A stretch of DNA of 64,000 nt from Polyangia bacterium (GCA_036263495.1 DATAGU010000330.1:16637-80636), one strand, 5' to 3'; shown: positions 53,999-64,000, counted from the first letter of the stretch. The notes: generated by a model from the sequence alone, not told the origin. Translations and numbers: made by a program.

Positions 53999-54971
53999 GG
54001 GCGGGCGGCGCGGGGGCGCGGAAGCGGTGGGTCACGGGGACCCAGGATAGGAGATCCATCTCGCTGTCGGTCGAGCCGGGCGCCCAGTTGTTGATGATGA
54101 GGGGGAGGCCGCTCGGGGCGCGGGTGTCGGCGACGACGCCGAGGTGGTCGGGGCCGGAGCGGGCGGGGAAGGTGTCGAAGAAGACGATGTCGCCGGGGAG
54201 GAGCGGCGCGCCCTCGGGCACGGCCTGCCAGTGGCGCTCGAACCAGCGCACGAGGGTCTTGACGCGCCGGTGGTTGATGCTGGCGTCGACGCGGGGGGCC
54301 ATGGGGTAGGCGGCGCGGCTGCGCATGATGTCTTCGTGCACGGCCTGCTGGAGGTCGATGCCGGCGTTGCGCAGGGCGCGGATGACGGTGTCCGAGCACA
54401 CGCCTTCGGTGCGTGGGACGTCGCCGCCAGGGTAGGGGAGGGTGAGGTAGCGCTCGAGGTAGGCGGCGCGGTTGTGGACGAGTTTGCGCGCGCCGAGCGC
54501 GATGTCGATGCGGTCGGCGATGCCGTCGCCGTCGTGATCTTCGCTGCGGCCCGGGGCGCCGAGGAGCACGGGGGTGCGAGGCTCCTGAGGTCCGAGTCGC
54601 TGGCGCAGCTCGTCGAGGTCGGCGGGGCGCAGGCGGATTCCCCTCTGCGCGGTCTGCGGGTGGGGCCGCGTTGCGTCGGCGCCGGGACCGGCGAGGGGCA
54701 GGGCGAGGGTCAAGGGCAGGGCGGCGAGGGTGGTGTGGTGCGGGACGGTCAGCGGTTTGGGGGTGAAGGCGATGGAGGCGGGGTAGGCCTTGATGGCCTC
54801 GTGCCCTTCGTAGAGGGTCAGGATGCCGTGCTGGGCGTCGGCCCGCAGCCAGAGGCGCTCGGTCGCGAGGTCGGCGGGCAGGGTGAGCGAGACCAGCGGA
54901 TCGAACTCCGGGAAGAGGCCGCGGTCGGGAAGGACCGCGCCGAGGGCCGCGAACAAGAGGAGTGGCTTCAT
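53991..54971 (-). CDS. secreted DUF1287-domain protein
   Basis: I trimmed to the ATG at 54971 (MKPLLLFAALGAV signal peptide). The C-terminal half reads GVCSDTVIRALRNAGIDLQQAVHEDI...INHRRVKTLVRWFERH...PGDIVFFD...HLGVVAD...LIINNW, matching the DUF1287 pattern. Confidence 0.75.
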   Translation of the reverse strand: MKPLLLFAALGAVLPDRGLFPEFDPLVSLTLPADLATERLWLRADAQHGILTLYEGHEAIKAYPASIAFTPKPLTVPHHTTLAALPLTLALPLAGPGADATRPHPQTAQRGIRLRPADLDELRQRLGPQEPRTPVLLGAPGRSEDHDGDGIADRIDIALGARKLVHNRAAYLERYLTLPYPGGDVPRTEGVCSDTVIRALRNAGIDLQQAVHEDIMRSRAAYPMAPRVDASINHRRVKTLVRWFERHWQAVPEGAPLLPGDIVFFDTFPARSGPDHLGVVADTRAPSGLPLIINNWAPGSTDSEMDLLSWVPVTHRFRAPAPPAPR

Positions 54972-55144
54972 GATCTGGAATACGCATGACGGGGGCGTTC
55001 GCTCTGTTGAAGCCCCGGGGAAGGGACGGAGTGGGATCGAGGCGGGACTTGCCCGGACCTCGTCGCGAGGGGCCATGAGGACGGCTCCATCCTTGCAATA
55101 TTTCTCGTTGCCGAGGGGGACGATCAGACCGAGGAGGCACGGAC

Positions 55145-55642
55145 GTGAGAGTCACAAGAGATCGGGTGGTGGCGATCGACTACACGATCTGCCTCACCGA
55201 CGGTCGCGTGGTGGAGACGACGTTCTCGTCGGAGGGGGCGCCGCTGGTTTACCTGCACGGGCGGTCGCAGCTGGTGCCGGGCGTGGAGAAGGGGATCGAG
55301 GGGGCCGAGCCGGGCGAGGTGCTGGATCTGGAGATCAGGCCGGAGCAGGCCTACGGGGTGCGCGACCCGGCGGGTGTGTTCATCGTGCCGCGCGAGGCGT
55401 TTCCCACGGGCGAGGAGATCGAGCCGGGGATGACCTTCGAGGCCCGGCGCAACGACGGCAAGGAGTGGGTCTTCCACGTGCTCGAGGCCAATCAGGAGCT
55501 GGTGGTGATCGACACGAACCATCCGCTGGCCGGTGAGACGCTGCATGTGGCGGTGGCGGTGCGGGGGGTGCGGCCGGCCACGATGGAGGAGTTGCAGCTC
55601 GGCCGTGTGGTGGGCGACGTGGAGGCACAGCTACCTAGCTGA
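55145..55642 (+). CDS. FKBP-type peptidyl-prolyl isomerase, SlyD-like (with IF insert)
   Basis: GTG start. VAIDYTICLTDGRVVETT...LVPGVEKGIEGAEPGEVLDLEIRPEQAYG...IDTNHPLAGETLHVAVAVRGVR. Confidence 0.85.
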   Translation: MRVTRDRVVAIDYTICLTDGRVVETTFSSEGAPLVYLHGRSQLVPGVEKGIEGAEPGEVLDLEIRPEQAYGVRDPAGVFIVPREAFPTGEEIEPGMTFEARRNDGKEWVFHVLEANQELVVIDTNHPLAGETLHVAVAVRGVRPATMEELQLGRVVGDVEAQLPS

Positions 55643-55734
55643 TCCGGGTCGGGACAGGGGGCCTGCGCTGGGAGTGGCTGGCTGTTGGTTGTCGCCCGGC
55701 GGGCCCGGTTCGTGTCATCCTGGGGGACCCCTGC

Positions 55735-58700
55735 GTGGTCCCCATGGTGAGGAGCGCACCGATCGCCGAGCTGGTGGAGTTTGCGGGTACCGACCGCTTC
55801 CAGGTGCGGCGGCGGATCGGGGCGGGCGGTATGGGGATCGTCTACGAGGCGCTCGATCTCGAGCGCAACGTGTGTGTGGCCCTCAAGGTGCTGCGCACCT
55901 ATGACCCCGATGCGCTCCTGCGCTTCAAGAACGAGTTCCGCGCGCTACAGGATCTGCGCCATCCCCATTTGATCGAGCTCGGCGAACTGTTCGAGTACGC
56001 GGGGCAGTGGTTCTTCACGATGGAGCTCATCGAGGGGGAGAACTTTCTCTCCTGGGTGCAGGCCGGGGGCGGGGCCGGCGCCGAGAGTGGCGGCAGTGGC
56101 GACGAGGACGGCGCCCTCCCGCGGACGTCACCGTCGGCGACCGGGAGGGAGCAGGGGCGGGGGGCCGTGCCGGGACGAGGACACTCGACGGCGCGGCCGC
56201 GGCTCGATGAGACGCGACTCCGCGCGGGGCTCGGGCAGCTGGCGATCGGGCTGCACGCGCTCCATGTGATGGGCAAGGTGCACCGCGACATCAAGCCCTC
56301 CAACATCCTGGTGACGCGCGAGGGGCGGGTGGTCCTGCTCGACTTCGGTCTCGTCTCGGACGTGTATGGCGACTCGCCGGGGGAGCTGTCGCGGCGGGTG
56401 GGTTCGATCTCGCACATGGCGCCGGAGCAGGCGGGGGCGCAGCCGGTGGGGCCGGAGGCGGACTGGTACAGCGTCGGGGTGCTCCTGTATCAGGCGCTCA
56501 CGGGGACGTTGCCGTTCTCGGGCTCGCCAGAGGAGGTGTTGCGCCTCAAACAGACGACCCAGCCGGTGCCGCCGCGCGTGCTCTGTCCCGAGCTGCCGAG
56601 TGATCTGAGCCGGCTGTGCATGGAGCTCCTGCGCATCGATCCGCGGGCGCGGCCGATGGAGAGCAACATCTTGTTCCGGCTCAATGTGCGCGATGAGAGT
56701 GGGCCGATCGGGGGTGGGCCGCGCTTTCTCGGCCGGCAGGATGAGCTGGGGGCGCTGCGCGCGGCCTTCGCCGAGATGCTGGGGGCGCGGCCGGATCGCC
56801 GGGGAGAGCCACGCGCGCTGACGGTGCTCGTGCACGGGGAGTCGGGGGTGGGTAAGACGGCGTTGGTGCGCCGCTTCACCGAGCTGCTCACGACGGAGCG
56901 GCCGGAGATGCTGGTGTGCCTTGGGCGCTGCCACGAGCGGGAGGCGGTGCCCTATCGCGCGCTCGATGGGGTGATCGACGCGGTGAGCCGGCATCTGAGC
57001 GCGCAGCCGCCCGAGGTGGCGGCGGGGGTGCTGCCGCGCGACGCCGGGCTGCTCGCGCAGGTGTTCCCGGTGATACGGCGGGTGGCGGCGGTGGCGCAGG
57101 CGCCGCGGCTCCTGCTCGGGCAGCTCGATCCGCAGGAGCGGCGGCCGCGGGTGTTCACGGCGATGCGTGAGCTGTTCGGGCGCCTGGCTGCGCGGCAGCC
57201 GGTGGTGCTGGTGATCGATGATCTGCAGTGGGCGGACGCCGACGGGCTGGCGCTCCTCGGCGAGGTGATGCGCCCGCCGCGGCCGCAACCGATCCTGCTG
57301 GTGGCGACGGTGTGCACGGCGGCCGGGGCGGGGGCGAAGTCAATCACGACGTCGAGGGCTGCAGGCGGGGAGGGGAGCGCGGCCCCGGAGCAGGACTTGC
57401 GCAACGTGGCCGTGCTCGCGCGGCTCTTGCCCGGGGAGGTGCGCGAGCTCGAGGTGACAGGGCTGCCGCCGGCCGAGGCCGAGGCGCTGGCGCGGCGCAT
57501 CTTGTCGAGCACCGGGGCGCCGGTGGTGCTGAACGCATCGGCGATCGCGAGCGAGGCGGCGGGGCATCCGTTGTTCATCAATGAGCTGGTGCGGAGCCGC
57601 CTGGCGGTCGAGACGGAGCCGTTCTCCGGCGGCGCGGGCCACGGAGCGGCCGAACCAGGGGGCCTGGGGCGGGCGGGGGAGGAGGGCCTGGGCGAGAGAA
57701 CGCAGGGGCAGGAGCACCCGCTGCGGCTCGAGGAGGCGCTATGGGCGCGCATCCGCCGCCTGCCGCGGCCGGCGCGGGAGCTGCTCGAGATCCTGGCGGT
57801 GGCGGGGGCGCCGCTCATGCAAGAGACGCTGGCGCAAGCAGGGGGCAGCCAATTCGGTATGTTCAGCGAGCAGGTGGCGCAGCTGCGCGGGGAGCACCTG
57901 GTGCGCATGACCGGGCCGCTGCGTACGGATCTCATCGAGCCGTATCACGATCGGGTGCGTGAGGCGGTGCTCGAACACATGGACGCGGAGGCGCGCAAGG
58001 TGTGGCACCAGCGGCTGGCGCTGGCGCTCGAGGCCTCGCGGCGCGCGGACGCGGAGGCGCTGGCCATTCACTGGCGTGAGGAGGGGGACTTTGCCCGCGC
58101 GGCGATGTATGCGGGGCGCGCGGCCGATGAGGCGTCGGGGGTGCTGGCGTTCGACCGGGCGGCGCGGCTGTATCAGATGGCGCTCGAGCTGCAGCCGCCC
58201 GATGCGCCCGGCCGGCATGCGCTCGAGTCCAAGCTGGGGGAGGCGCTGGCCAATGCGGGGCGCGGGCCGGTGGCGGCGCGCGCTTATCTCGTGGCGGCGG
58301 GGCAGGCGCCATCGGCGATCGCGCTCGACCTGCGGCGGCGTGCGGCGGAGCAGCTCCTGCGCAGCGGGTACATCGACGAGGGGCTCGAGGCGCTCGGGGA
58401 GGTGCTGCGGGCGGTGGGGCTGCGTCTGCCCCGCACGTCGGGTCGGGCGGTGGCCGGGCTCCTGTGGCGGCGCTTCTTGGTATGGCTGCGCGGCATTCGC
58501 TTCCGCGCGCGCGACGCCAGCCGGCTCGACCCGGCGGAGCTCGTGCGCATGGATGTGTGCTGGTCGGCGGGGGCGACGCTCGGGCTGGTGGATTACGTCC
58601 GCGCCTCGTATTTCCAGACCCGCTTTCTCTTGTTCGCGCTCGGCGCCGGGGAGCCGCACCGGGTGGCGCGCGGGCTCGCCGGGGAGGCGTGCTTTGCGGC

Positions 58701-59721
58701 GGTGGCAGGGGTGCGCGGGCACCGGCGGGCGACGCGACTCGTCTCGGCATCGGTGGAGCTGGCGAACCAGCTCGGGGATCCGTACGCGCTCGGCTGGGCG
58801 GCGGCGGCTTCGGGGATCACGGCGGTGCTGGAGGGGCGCTGGAAGGTGGGTCTCGAGCGCTGTCGTCAGGCGGGGCGCATCTTCCATGACGAGTGCACCG
58901 GGATCGCCTGGGAACGGGCGACGGTGGAGCTGTTCACCAATGTGTCGCTGACCTATCTCGGTCGCATCGGCGAGCTGATCGAGCGGGTCCCGGAACAGCT
59001 GCACGAGGCGGAGGAGCGCGGGGATCTCTATGCGGCGACCTCCCTGTGCGTGGGGCTGGCCAACTTGGCCTGGCTCGCGGCCGGGCGCGTGGAGGAGGCG
59101 CGGGAGCGGCAGCGGGTGGGGATCGAGCGCTGGTCGCGCAAGAGCTTCCATGTGGAGCACTGGTGGGACCTGCTGGCGCAGGTGCACATCGGGCTCTATG
59201 TGGGGGAGGGGGAGTCGATGCGGCGGCTGCTGGCGAAGAAGTGGAAGCAGCTCGACAAGGCCCTGCTCTTGCGGGTGCAGCTCACCCGGACCGAGGCGTA
59301 CCAGCTACGAGGGCGGGTGCAGCTGGCGGCGGCGATCGAGCGCCAGGGGGACCCGGGGACCAAGACGGCCAAGGCGGCCAAGGTCGATCAGTCGCTCCTG
59401 CGGGCGGTGGAGCGGGATGCGCAGCGGGTGCTGGCGGAGCGGATGCCGTGGTCGCAGCCGCTGGGGGACACGCTCCTGGCCGGGGTGGCGACGGTGCGCG
59501 GTGAGATGGAACCGGCGCAGGCGTTGTGGGCGCGGGCGGCGGCCGGGTTCGCTGCGGTGGACATGGCGCTGCATGCGGCGGTAGTGCGCTATCGACAGGG
59601 GGAGGCGATGGGAGGCGACGAGGGGGCGGGGCTGCGGCGCGAGGCGGAGGAGTGGATGCGGCAGCAGGGGATCGCGGAGCCGGAGCGGATGGCGCGGATG
59701 CTCGCACCGGCGGGGCGATAG
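55735..59721 (+). CDS. 1328-aa Ser/Thr kinase - AAA_16 (STAND-like) ATPase - TPR-like protein
   Basis: Canonical kinase motifs GAGGMGIVY, VALKVL, HRDIKPSNIL, DFG and HMAPEQ. Walker A GESGVGKT and Walker B VLVIDDLQWAD. Long helical-repeat C-terminus. Confidence 0.9.
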   Translation: MVPMVRSAPIAELVEFAGTDRFQVRRRIGAGGMGIVYEALDLERNVCVALKVLRTYDPDALLRFKNEFRALQDLRHPHLIELGELFEYAGQWFFTMELIEGENFLSWVQAGGGAGAESGGSGDEDGALPRTSPSATGREQGRGAVPGRGHSTARPRLDETRLRAGLGQLAIGLHALHVMGKVHRDIKPSNILVTREGRVVLLDFGLVSDVYGDSPGELSRRVGSISHMAPEQAGAQPVGPEADWYSVGVLLYQALTGTLPFSGSPEEVLRLKQTTQPVPPRVLCPELPSDLSRLCMELLRIDPRARPMESNILFRLNVRDESGPIGGGPRFLGRQDELGALRAAFAEMLGARPDRRGEPRALTVLVHGESGVGKTALVRRFTELLTTERPEMLVCLGRCHEREAVPYRALDGVIDAVSRHLSAQPPEVAAGVLPRDAGLLAQVFPVIRRVAAVAQAPRLLLGQLDPQERRPRVFTAMRELFGRLAARQPVVLVIDDLQWADADGLALLGEVMRPPRPQPILLVATVCTAAGAGAKSITTSRAAGGEGSAAPEQDLRNVAVLARLLPGEVRELEVTGLPPAEAEALARRILSSTGAPVVLNASAIASEAAGHPLFINELVRSRLAVETEPFSGGAGHGAAEPGGLGRAGEEGLGERTQGQEHPLRLEEALWARIRRLPRPARELLEILAVAGAPLMQETLAQAGGSQFGMFSEQVAQLRGEHLVRMTGPLRTDLIEPYHDRVREAVLEHMDAEARKVWHQRLALALEASRRADAEALAIHWREEGDFARAAMYAGRAADEASGVLAFDRAARLYQMALELQPPDAPGRHALESKLGEALANAGRGPVAARAYLVAAGQAPSAIALDLRRRAAEQLLRSGYIDEGLEALGEVLRAVGLRLPRTSGRAVAGLLWRRFLVWLRGIRFRARDASRLDPAELVRMDVCWSAGATLGLVDYVRASYFQTRFLLFALGAGEPHRVARGLAGEACFAAVAGVRGHRRATRLVSASVELANQLGDPYALGWAAAASGITAVLEGRWKVGLERCRQAGRIFHDECTGIAWERATVELFTNVSLTYLGRIGELIERVPEQLHEAEERGDLYAATSLCVGLANLAWLAAGRVEEARERQRVGIERWSRKSFHVEHWWDLLAQVHIGLYVGEGESMRRLLAKKWKQLDKALLLRVQLTRTEAYQLRGRVQLAAAIERQGDPGTKTAKAAKVDQSLLRAVERDAQRVLAERMPWSQPLGDTLLAGVATVRGEMEPAQALWARAAAGFAAVDMALHAAVVRYRQGEAMGGDEGAGLRREAEEWMRQQGIAEPERMARMLAPAGR

Positions 59722-59785
59722 GCCGTAGGAACGCGCTCGCGAAAAAAACATGGCCCGTGCCGGCGGAAAGTTCCTGCAAGGACGT

Positions 59786-62650
59786 CTACCGATCGTTCGT
59801 GGCGGAAGGAGGGGGGATGGGGCCGCGCAGCGGCGCTCCATTGCCGAGTAGGATGAAGGGCGCCCAATAATAGGGATGTGGATGCTGCTCTCGCATCTGC
59901 CACATCGCCTTCTTGAGCGCCTCGGCGCGCCCCGCGCCGACCTTGAGACGTCGATAGAAGTCCTCCATCAGCTTGTGTGTCGTCTGGTCGGAGACCTTCC
60001 ACAAGCTCGCCACGATGGTCTCCGCACCGGCCACTGTGAACGCCCGCCGCAACCCGTAGACCCCCTCCCCGGGTTTGGCCTCGCCTCGTCCCGTATCGCA
60101 CGCCGATAGCACGACCAGCTCCGTGCCCCACAGGTCCATCTCGGCCAGCTCGAGGGCGGTCGCCAGCGTGGCGTCGGCTCGGCGGTCCCCCGGGTCGTTC
60201 CCTGCGGCCAACGCCGCCTGCGCCCCCGCCAGTACCAGGCCCGCACGTAGAAGTGGGTCCGAGAGGCGCTGCTCCGAAGGGGGCTCTCCTGGCGCCCCGA
60301 GGCTGACCCTCCCACGAGTGCCGGGCGGCGTGGCGGTGTTTCCAAGGAAGAAGCCGTGGGTGGCGATGTGCAGGATCGCGGGAGCAGCGACATCGAGGAG
60401 GGCCTGCTTGGTGGCAGCCGGGCCGAGAAAGAGCCGAGCCTGGGGGAAGAGACGGTGAATGGCCTCGGCTTCTTGTTGTGTGCCCGGCAGTGGGTCCCAC
60501 GCCTGGTGGGTCAGTCCTGCGCGATCTTGCGCAAAGAAGCGATCCAACGAAGCGGAGCGGTTCAGGAGACTCGATTCCAGCGACGCGGACACCGCTCCTC
60601 TCTCCGGAGCCGGTGGAGCCGGTGGAACCATCAGGCGCGCGTCCCCGAAGTGAGGGTTGGCGAAGACCACCACCGAACGTGCTGCCGCCGCTTCACCTTT
60701 GCGCACGAGATCCTGGCCAGAGCAAAGGTAGGTGATGTCGAAGTCGTCGGCGACAAAGCGTGCCCCATCGTGGAGCGCATCAAAGGGAATCAGATTGAGC
60801 TGCCCGTCAGGGGCCATGAAGAGTCGGCGCCTCGCTCCGAGGAGCGGCTTGAGGGGTTCGAAGACCCGGCGGTAGAGCTCCTGGGCTGCCGGCAGGTAGT
60901 TCTCGGCACGGCTCGACAGGCCGAGGAGCAGGCGCCGGACCGCACCGTTGATAGGCTCGGCAGGCCCCAGGTCGGCAATGCGAATGTCACCGTCGGGCAG
61001 GAGAACGAGGGCGGCGTAGACCTGCGGGCTCGGCACTTGGGCGGACGCTCTGACCATCATCATGGGGCGCGAGAGGGGACGGGCCGAGAAGGCAACGATC
61101 TCGACGAGCGCACTGTCGGCCGGAAGCGCGGCGGCCACGCGCTCAATCACGTCGTTAGGTCCGGGCCGCTGCTCCTCGGCGCGTAAGAGGGACGACCGGA
61201 GGGCCAGCTCGCCCTCGAGCGCGTTGCCCTGGGTCTCCAGCTCCTTGAGACGGGCCTGATAGTCGCTCGGGGAGAGATTCTCCGGTCTCGCCAACGACAG
61301 GACAGCGAGTTCCGTGCGCAAGGCACGCAGGCGCAGGAAGGCTTCACGGTCAGCCTGTCCGAGGCGGCGGTAGATGGTGCGCGAGATGTCGGCGAACTCG
61401 TCGGCCGAGCGCCCCTTGTGGAGGAGCGCTGCCATGAGCGCCAAGCGGCGGACAGCGGCCTGCGAAGCATACTTGCCGAGTAAGCCGTACAGGTTCTCGT
61501 CTTGGATCCGCAGCAGGGTGAGAAAGCTCGCCCAACGTGTTTCGGAGAAGGCGAGACCATTTTTGCGCAGGCGCTCTTCGGAGATTGTGAAGGCGCGTTC
61601 CAACAAGGGCCAGACAGAATCAAGCTGATGCTTGGAGAGGTAGAGCTGAGCAAGATCTGTGAGCAACACCTCGCTCTGGCGATAATTGTTTCCTATCGCG
61701 GTCTCTTGAATGTGTTGCGCACGCAAATAGAGCCGCTCAGCTTGAGCATAGTCCCCCTTATCGTAATAGAGCCTGGCGAGGTCGTGAAGGATCAAGGCGA
61801 CCCAGGGATGGTTCTTTCCCAGGGCGGCCTCCCGGAGCCGGAGCACGCGGTGCATGAGCGGCTCGGCTCGGTCATAAAGACCCTGGGCACGATAGGCGTC
61901 GGCAAGATTGCTGAGCGGGGCCGTGAGGTGGATCACCTTCTTCGTCTGGGCGGCTTCCAAGATCTGGAACGCACGCTGGTATGGTGCCTCGGCTCGATCG
62001 TAGAGGCCCAGACCGTAGTAGATGTTGCCGAGCACGAGGAGATGCCAGGCAAAGGAGGGGTGGTTCTTTCCCAGGGTCGCCTCGGTGATCTGGATCGCGC
62101 GCCGTACAAGCAGCTCGGCTGGGCCATAGGAGCCTTGGCTCGAATAAAGAGCGCCGATGTCGCTGAGCAATTCGGCGACATCGGGATGATTCTTTCCCAA
62201 GGCTGCCTCCCGGATCCGGAGGGCGCGCTGCACGAGCGGCTCGGCTTGGTCATACAAACCGAGTTCGATGTAGAGGTTCGTGAGGAGGTAAAGCGATTGA
62301 GCGACATCGAGATGGCTCTCCCCTAAAGCCGTTTCCCGTATCTGGAGCGCCCGCTGATGTAGCTGGATGGCCTCCAGCTGCTGCCCTCGTCCGCGATACA
62401 GCTCGCCGAGCAAGTAGAGGCATTCGGCGACCTCTGGCCGGTTCGGACCGAGCGCTTTCTCTCGCGCCCGGAGCGCGCGCTCGACCAGAGGCACCGCCTC
62501 GCGATACTCCCCCGCCTGCTCGAGCCGCCTCGCTTCGGTCAGGTCCCTCTCGGTCTGCTCCAGTGGCGGATCGGGGCTCGTCTCCTCCGCTCGTCCCGTC
62601 GTGGCACAAAAGAGAACGACGGCGACCGCTGCTCTCCGGGCTATCTGCAT
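59786..62650 (-). CDS. secreted TPR-repeat CHAT-domain (caspase-like) protease
   Basis: ATG at 62650 after GGAGGAGG. Signal peptide MQIARRAAVAVVLFCATTGRAEE. At least 7 TPR_12-like 42-aa repeats (...AEPLVQRALRIREAALGKNHPDVAELL...). CHAT catalytic dyad in ILHIATHGFF and LVVLSACDTG. Confidence 0.9.
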   Translation of the reverse strand: MQIARRAAVAVVLFCATTGRAEETSPDPPLEQTERDLTEARRLEQAGEYREAVPLVERALRAREKALGPNRPEVAECLYLLGELYRGRGQQLEAIQLHQRALQIRETALGESHLDVAQSLYLLTNLYIELGLYDQAEPLVQRALRIREAALGKNHPDVAELLSDIGALYSSQGSYGPAELLVRRAIQITEATLGKNHPSFAWHLLVLGNIYYGLGLYDRAEAPYQRAFQILEAAQTKKVIHLTAPLSNLADAYRAQGLYDRAEPLMHRVLRLREAALGKNHPWVALILHDLARLYYDKGDYAQAERLYLRAQHIQETAIGNNYRQSEVLLTDLAQLYLSKHQLDSVWPLLERAFTISEERLRKNGLAFSETRWASFLTLLRIQDENLYGLLGKYASQAAVRRLALMAALLHKGRSADEFADISRTIYRRLGQADREAFLRLRALRTELAVLSLARPENLSPSDYQARLKELETQGNALEGELALRSSLLRAEEQRPGPNDVIERVAAALPADSALVEIVAFSARPLSRPMMMVRASAQVPSPQVYAALVLLPDGDIRIADLGPAEPINGAVRRLLLGLSSRAENYLPAAQELYRRVFEPLKPLLGARRRLFMAPDGQLNLIPFDALHDGARFVADDFDITYLCSGQDLVRKGEAAAARSVVVFANPHFGDARLMVPPAPPAPERGAVSASLESSLLNRSASLDRFFAQDRAGLTHQAWDPLPGTQQEAEAIHRLFPQARLFLGPAATKQALLDVAAPAILHIATHGFFLGNTATPPGTRGRVSLGAPGEPPSEQRLSDPLLRAGLVLAGAQAALAAGNDPGDRRADATLATALELAEMDLWGTELVVLSACDTGRGEAKPGEGVYGLRRAFTVAGAETIVASLWKVSDQTTHKLMEDFYRRLKVGAGRAEALKKAMWQMREQHPHPYYWAPFILLGNGAPLRGPIPPPSATNDR

Positions 62651-62820
62651 GCCTGCCTCCTCCCCACGGAGGAGCCTACACCACGTCACGGCTCATCCAT
62701 CCTCCATCGACCCTCCGGAGGGGCACCGGCAGGCCATCCCCGGCTCTCTTCCTCTGTTCAAGGTCCTACCCCAGGGCGCGTCCTTGACCCCCCCGGGGGC
62801 AGAGCGGTAGAACGCGCGCG

Positions 62821-64000
62821 ATGGAAACGCCGCAGCTGGTCTTGCGTGGTGGACGAGTGATCGATCCCGCTTCGAAGCACGATGGGATCGCGGACGTGGT
62901 GGTGGCGGGCGGGAGGATCGTGGCGGTGGGCCCGGAGGTGGGACGATCCGGGGGATCGGCTCCGGGGGCGCGCGTCATCGACGCCACGGGGCTGGTGGTG
63001 GCGCCCGGCCTCGTGGACGTGCACGTGCACCTGCGCGAGCCGGGGCAGGAGTATAAAGAGGATATCGCCTCGGGGGCGCGGGCGGCGGCGGCGGGCGGTT
63101 TCACCACGGTGTGCTGCATGCCCAACACCGAGCCGGCCAACGACTCCCGGGCGGTGACGGAGCTCATCGTGCGGCGGGCGGCCGAGGCGGCGGTGGTGCG
63201 GGTGTACCCGATTGGCGCCATCTCGAAGGGGCTCAAGGGCGAAACCCTGGCCGAGATGGGCGAGATGAAGGACGCCGGGATCGTCGCCGTGTCGGACGAC
63301 GGCAAGCCGGTGATGAACGCGGAGTTGATGCGCCTCGCGCTCGAGTACGCGCGCACGTTCGGTCTGCCGGTGGTGCAGCACTGCGAGGACCGCAACCTGG
63401 CCGGCGCGGGGGTGATGAACGAGGGTGCGGCGGCGACACGCGCCGGGTTGCGCGGGCAGCCGCCGGCGGCGGAGAGCGTGATGGTGCGCCGCGACATCGA
63501 GCTGGTGGCGCTCACCGGCGCCCGCTACCACGTGGCCCACGTGTCGACGGCGGCGGCGGTGGAGGCGGTGCGCGAGGCCAAGCGGCGCGGGCTCTGGGTG
63601 ACGTGCGAGGTGACGCCGCATCACCTCACGCTGACGGACGAGGCGTGCCTCGGTTACGACACCTCGACCAAGTGCGCGCCGCCTCTGCGCAGCCGCGCGG
63701 ATGTGATGGCGCTGCGGGCGGCGCTCGCGGACGGGACGATCGATTGCATCGCCAGCGACCATGCGCCGCATGCGGTGCAGGACAAGCAGGTGGAGTTCGA
63801 CCGGGCGGCCTTCGGCATGATCGGGCTCGAGACCGCGCTCTCGCTCGGACTCAAGCTGGTGGAGGAGGGCGTGCTCGGCCTCGGGCAGCTGGTGGAGAAG
63901 ATGACGGTGGCAGCGGCGCGCGTCTTCGATCTGCCGGCCGGGACGCTCGCCCCGGGCGCGGCGGCGGATGTGGTCATCTTCGACCCGCGGGCCCGCTGGA
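62821..64000 (+). CDS. pyrC: dihydroorotase (3'-partial; runs off the window)
   Basis: Not in the ORF track because there is no stop in the window. I translated from the ATG at 62821: METPQLVLRGGRVIDP...APGLVDVHVHLREPGQEYKEDIASG..AAAGGFTTVCCMPNTEP...HVAHVST...ASDHAPH. Confidence 0.85.
   Translation, partial: METPQLVLRGGRVIDPASKHDGIADVVVAGGRIVAVGPEVGRSGGSAPGARVIDATGLVVAPGLVDVHVHLREPGQEYKEDIASGARAAAAGGFTTVCCMPNTEPANDSRAVTELIVRRAAEAAVVRVYPIGAISKGLKGETLAEMGEMKDAGIVAVSDDGKPVMNAELMRLALEYARTFGLPVVQHCEDRNLAGAGVMNEGAAATRAGLRGQPPAAESVMVRRDIELVALTGARYHVAHVSTAAAVEAVREAKRRGLWVTCEVTPHHLTLTDEACLGYDTSTKCAPPLRSRADVMALRAALADGTIDCIASDHAPHAVQDKQVEFDRAAFGMIGLETALSLGLKLVEEGVLGLGQLVEKMTVAAARVFDLPAGTLAPGAAADVVIFDPRARW

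Overview
This is a very high-G+C bacterial chromosomal segment, roughly 70% G+C by eye. Its gene content points to Myxococcota, though that is an inference: there are four eukaryotic-like Ser/Thr kinases (three of them giant kinase-STAND-TPR proteins), a TPR-CHAT protease, an NtrC-type sigma-54 activator, an RpoH-like sigma factor and many hybrid histidine kinases.

Core and housekeeping content:
- An M1 aminopeptidase with HEAT repeats.
- A six-gene, translationally coupled oxidase-biogenesis operon: ctaA, ctaB, ABC ATPase, ABC-2 permease, SCO1, DUF420.
- A glutamine-synthetase-family gene and an OFA-type MFS transporter.
- A sulfate-uptake operon (porin, sbp, fused cysTW, cysA).
- recQ, rimO, a SlyD-like PPIase and a 3'-partial pyrC that is absent from the ORF track.

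Three short islets with visibly lower G+C interrupt this background:
- About 3.3-5.9 kb: an orphan gpV/gp5-type spike and PAAR tip, preceded by an unknown protein with an internal duplication. No sheath, tube or baseplate gene occurs in the window.
- About 29.3-31.3 kb: a wrecked tyrosine-recombinase gene, a 13-14-unit 21-bp tandem array and a GNAT-toxin-like gene with no usable start codon and no antitoxin.
- About 51.7-54.0 kb: small ORFs including an Imm11/DUF1629-like immunity protein, with no toxin gene.

Each islet abuts copies of one 21-23-bp repeat family (GGTTGAGTGNCGCGTACCCC), present as tandem units at islets 1 and 3 and as two spaced inverted copies at islet 2.

Other items worth a second look:
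- A double-glycine-leader peptide gene (core AEPTQDCTIWTCIGP) that sits alone beside a receptor-type Ser/Thr kinase.
- A tandem pair made of a pseudokinase-STAND protein and a kinase-STAND-GAF-cyclase protein.
- A STAND kinase convergent with a secreted TPR-CHAT protease.

I saw no rRNA, tRNA, CRISPR array or intact mobile element. All family assignments come from motif recognition by eye and need HMM confirmation.
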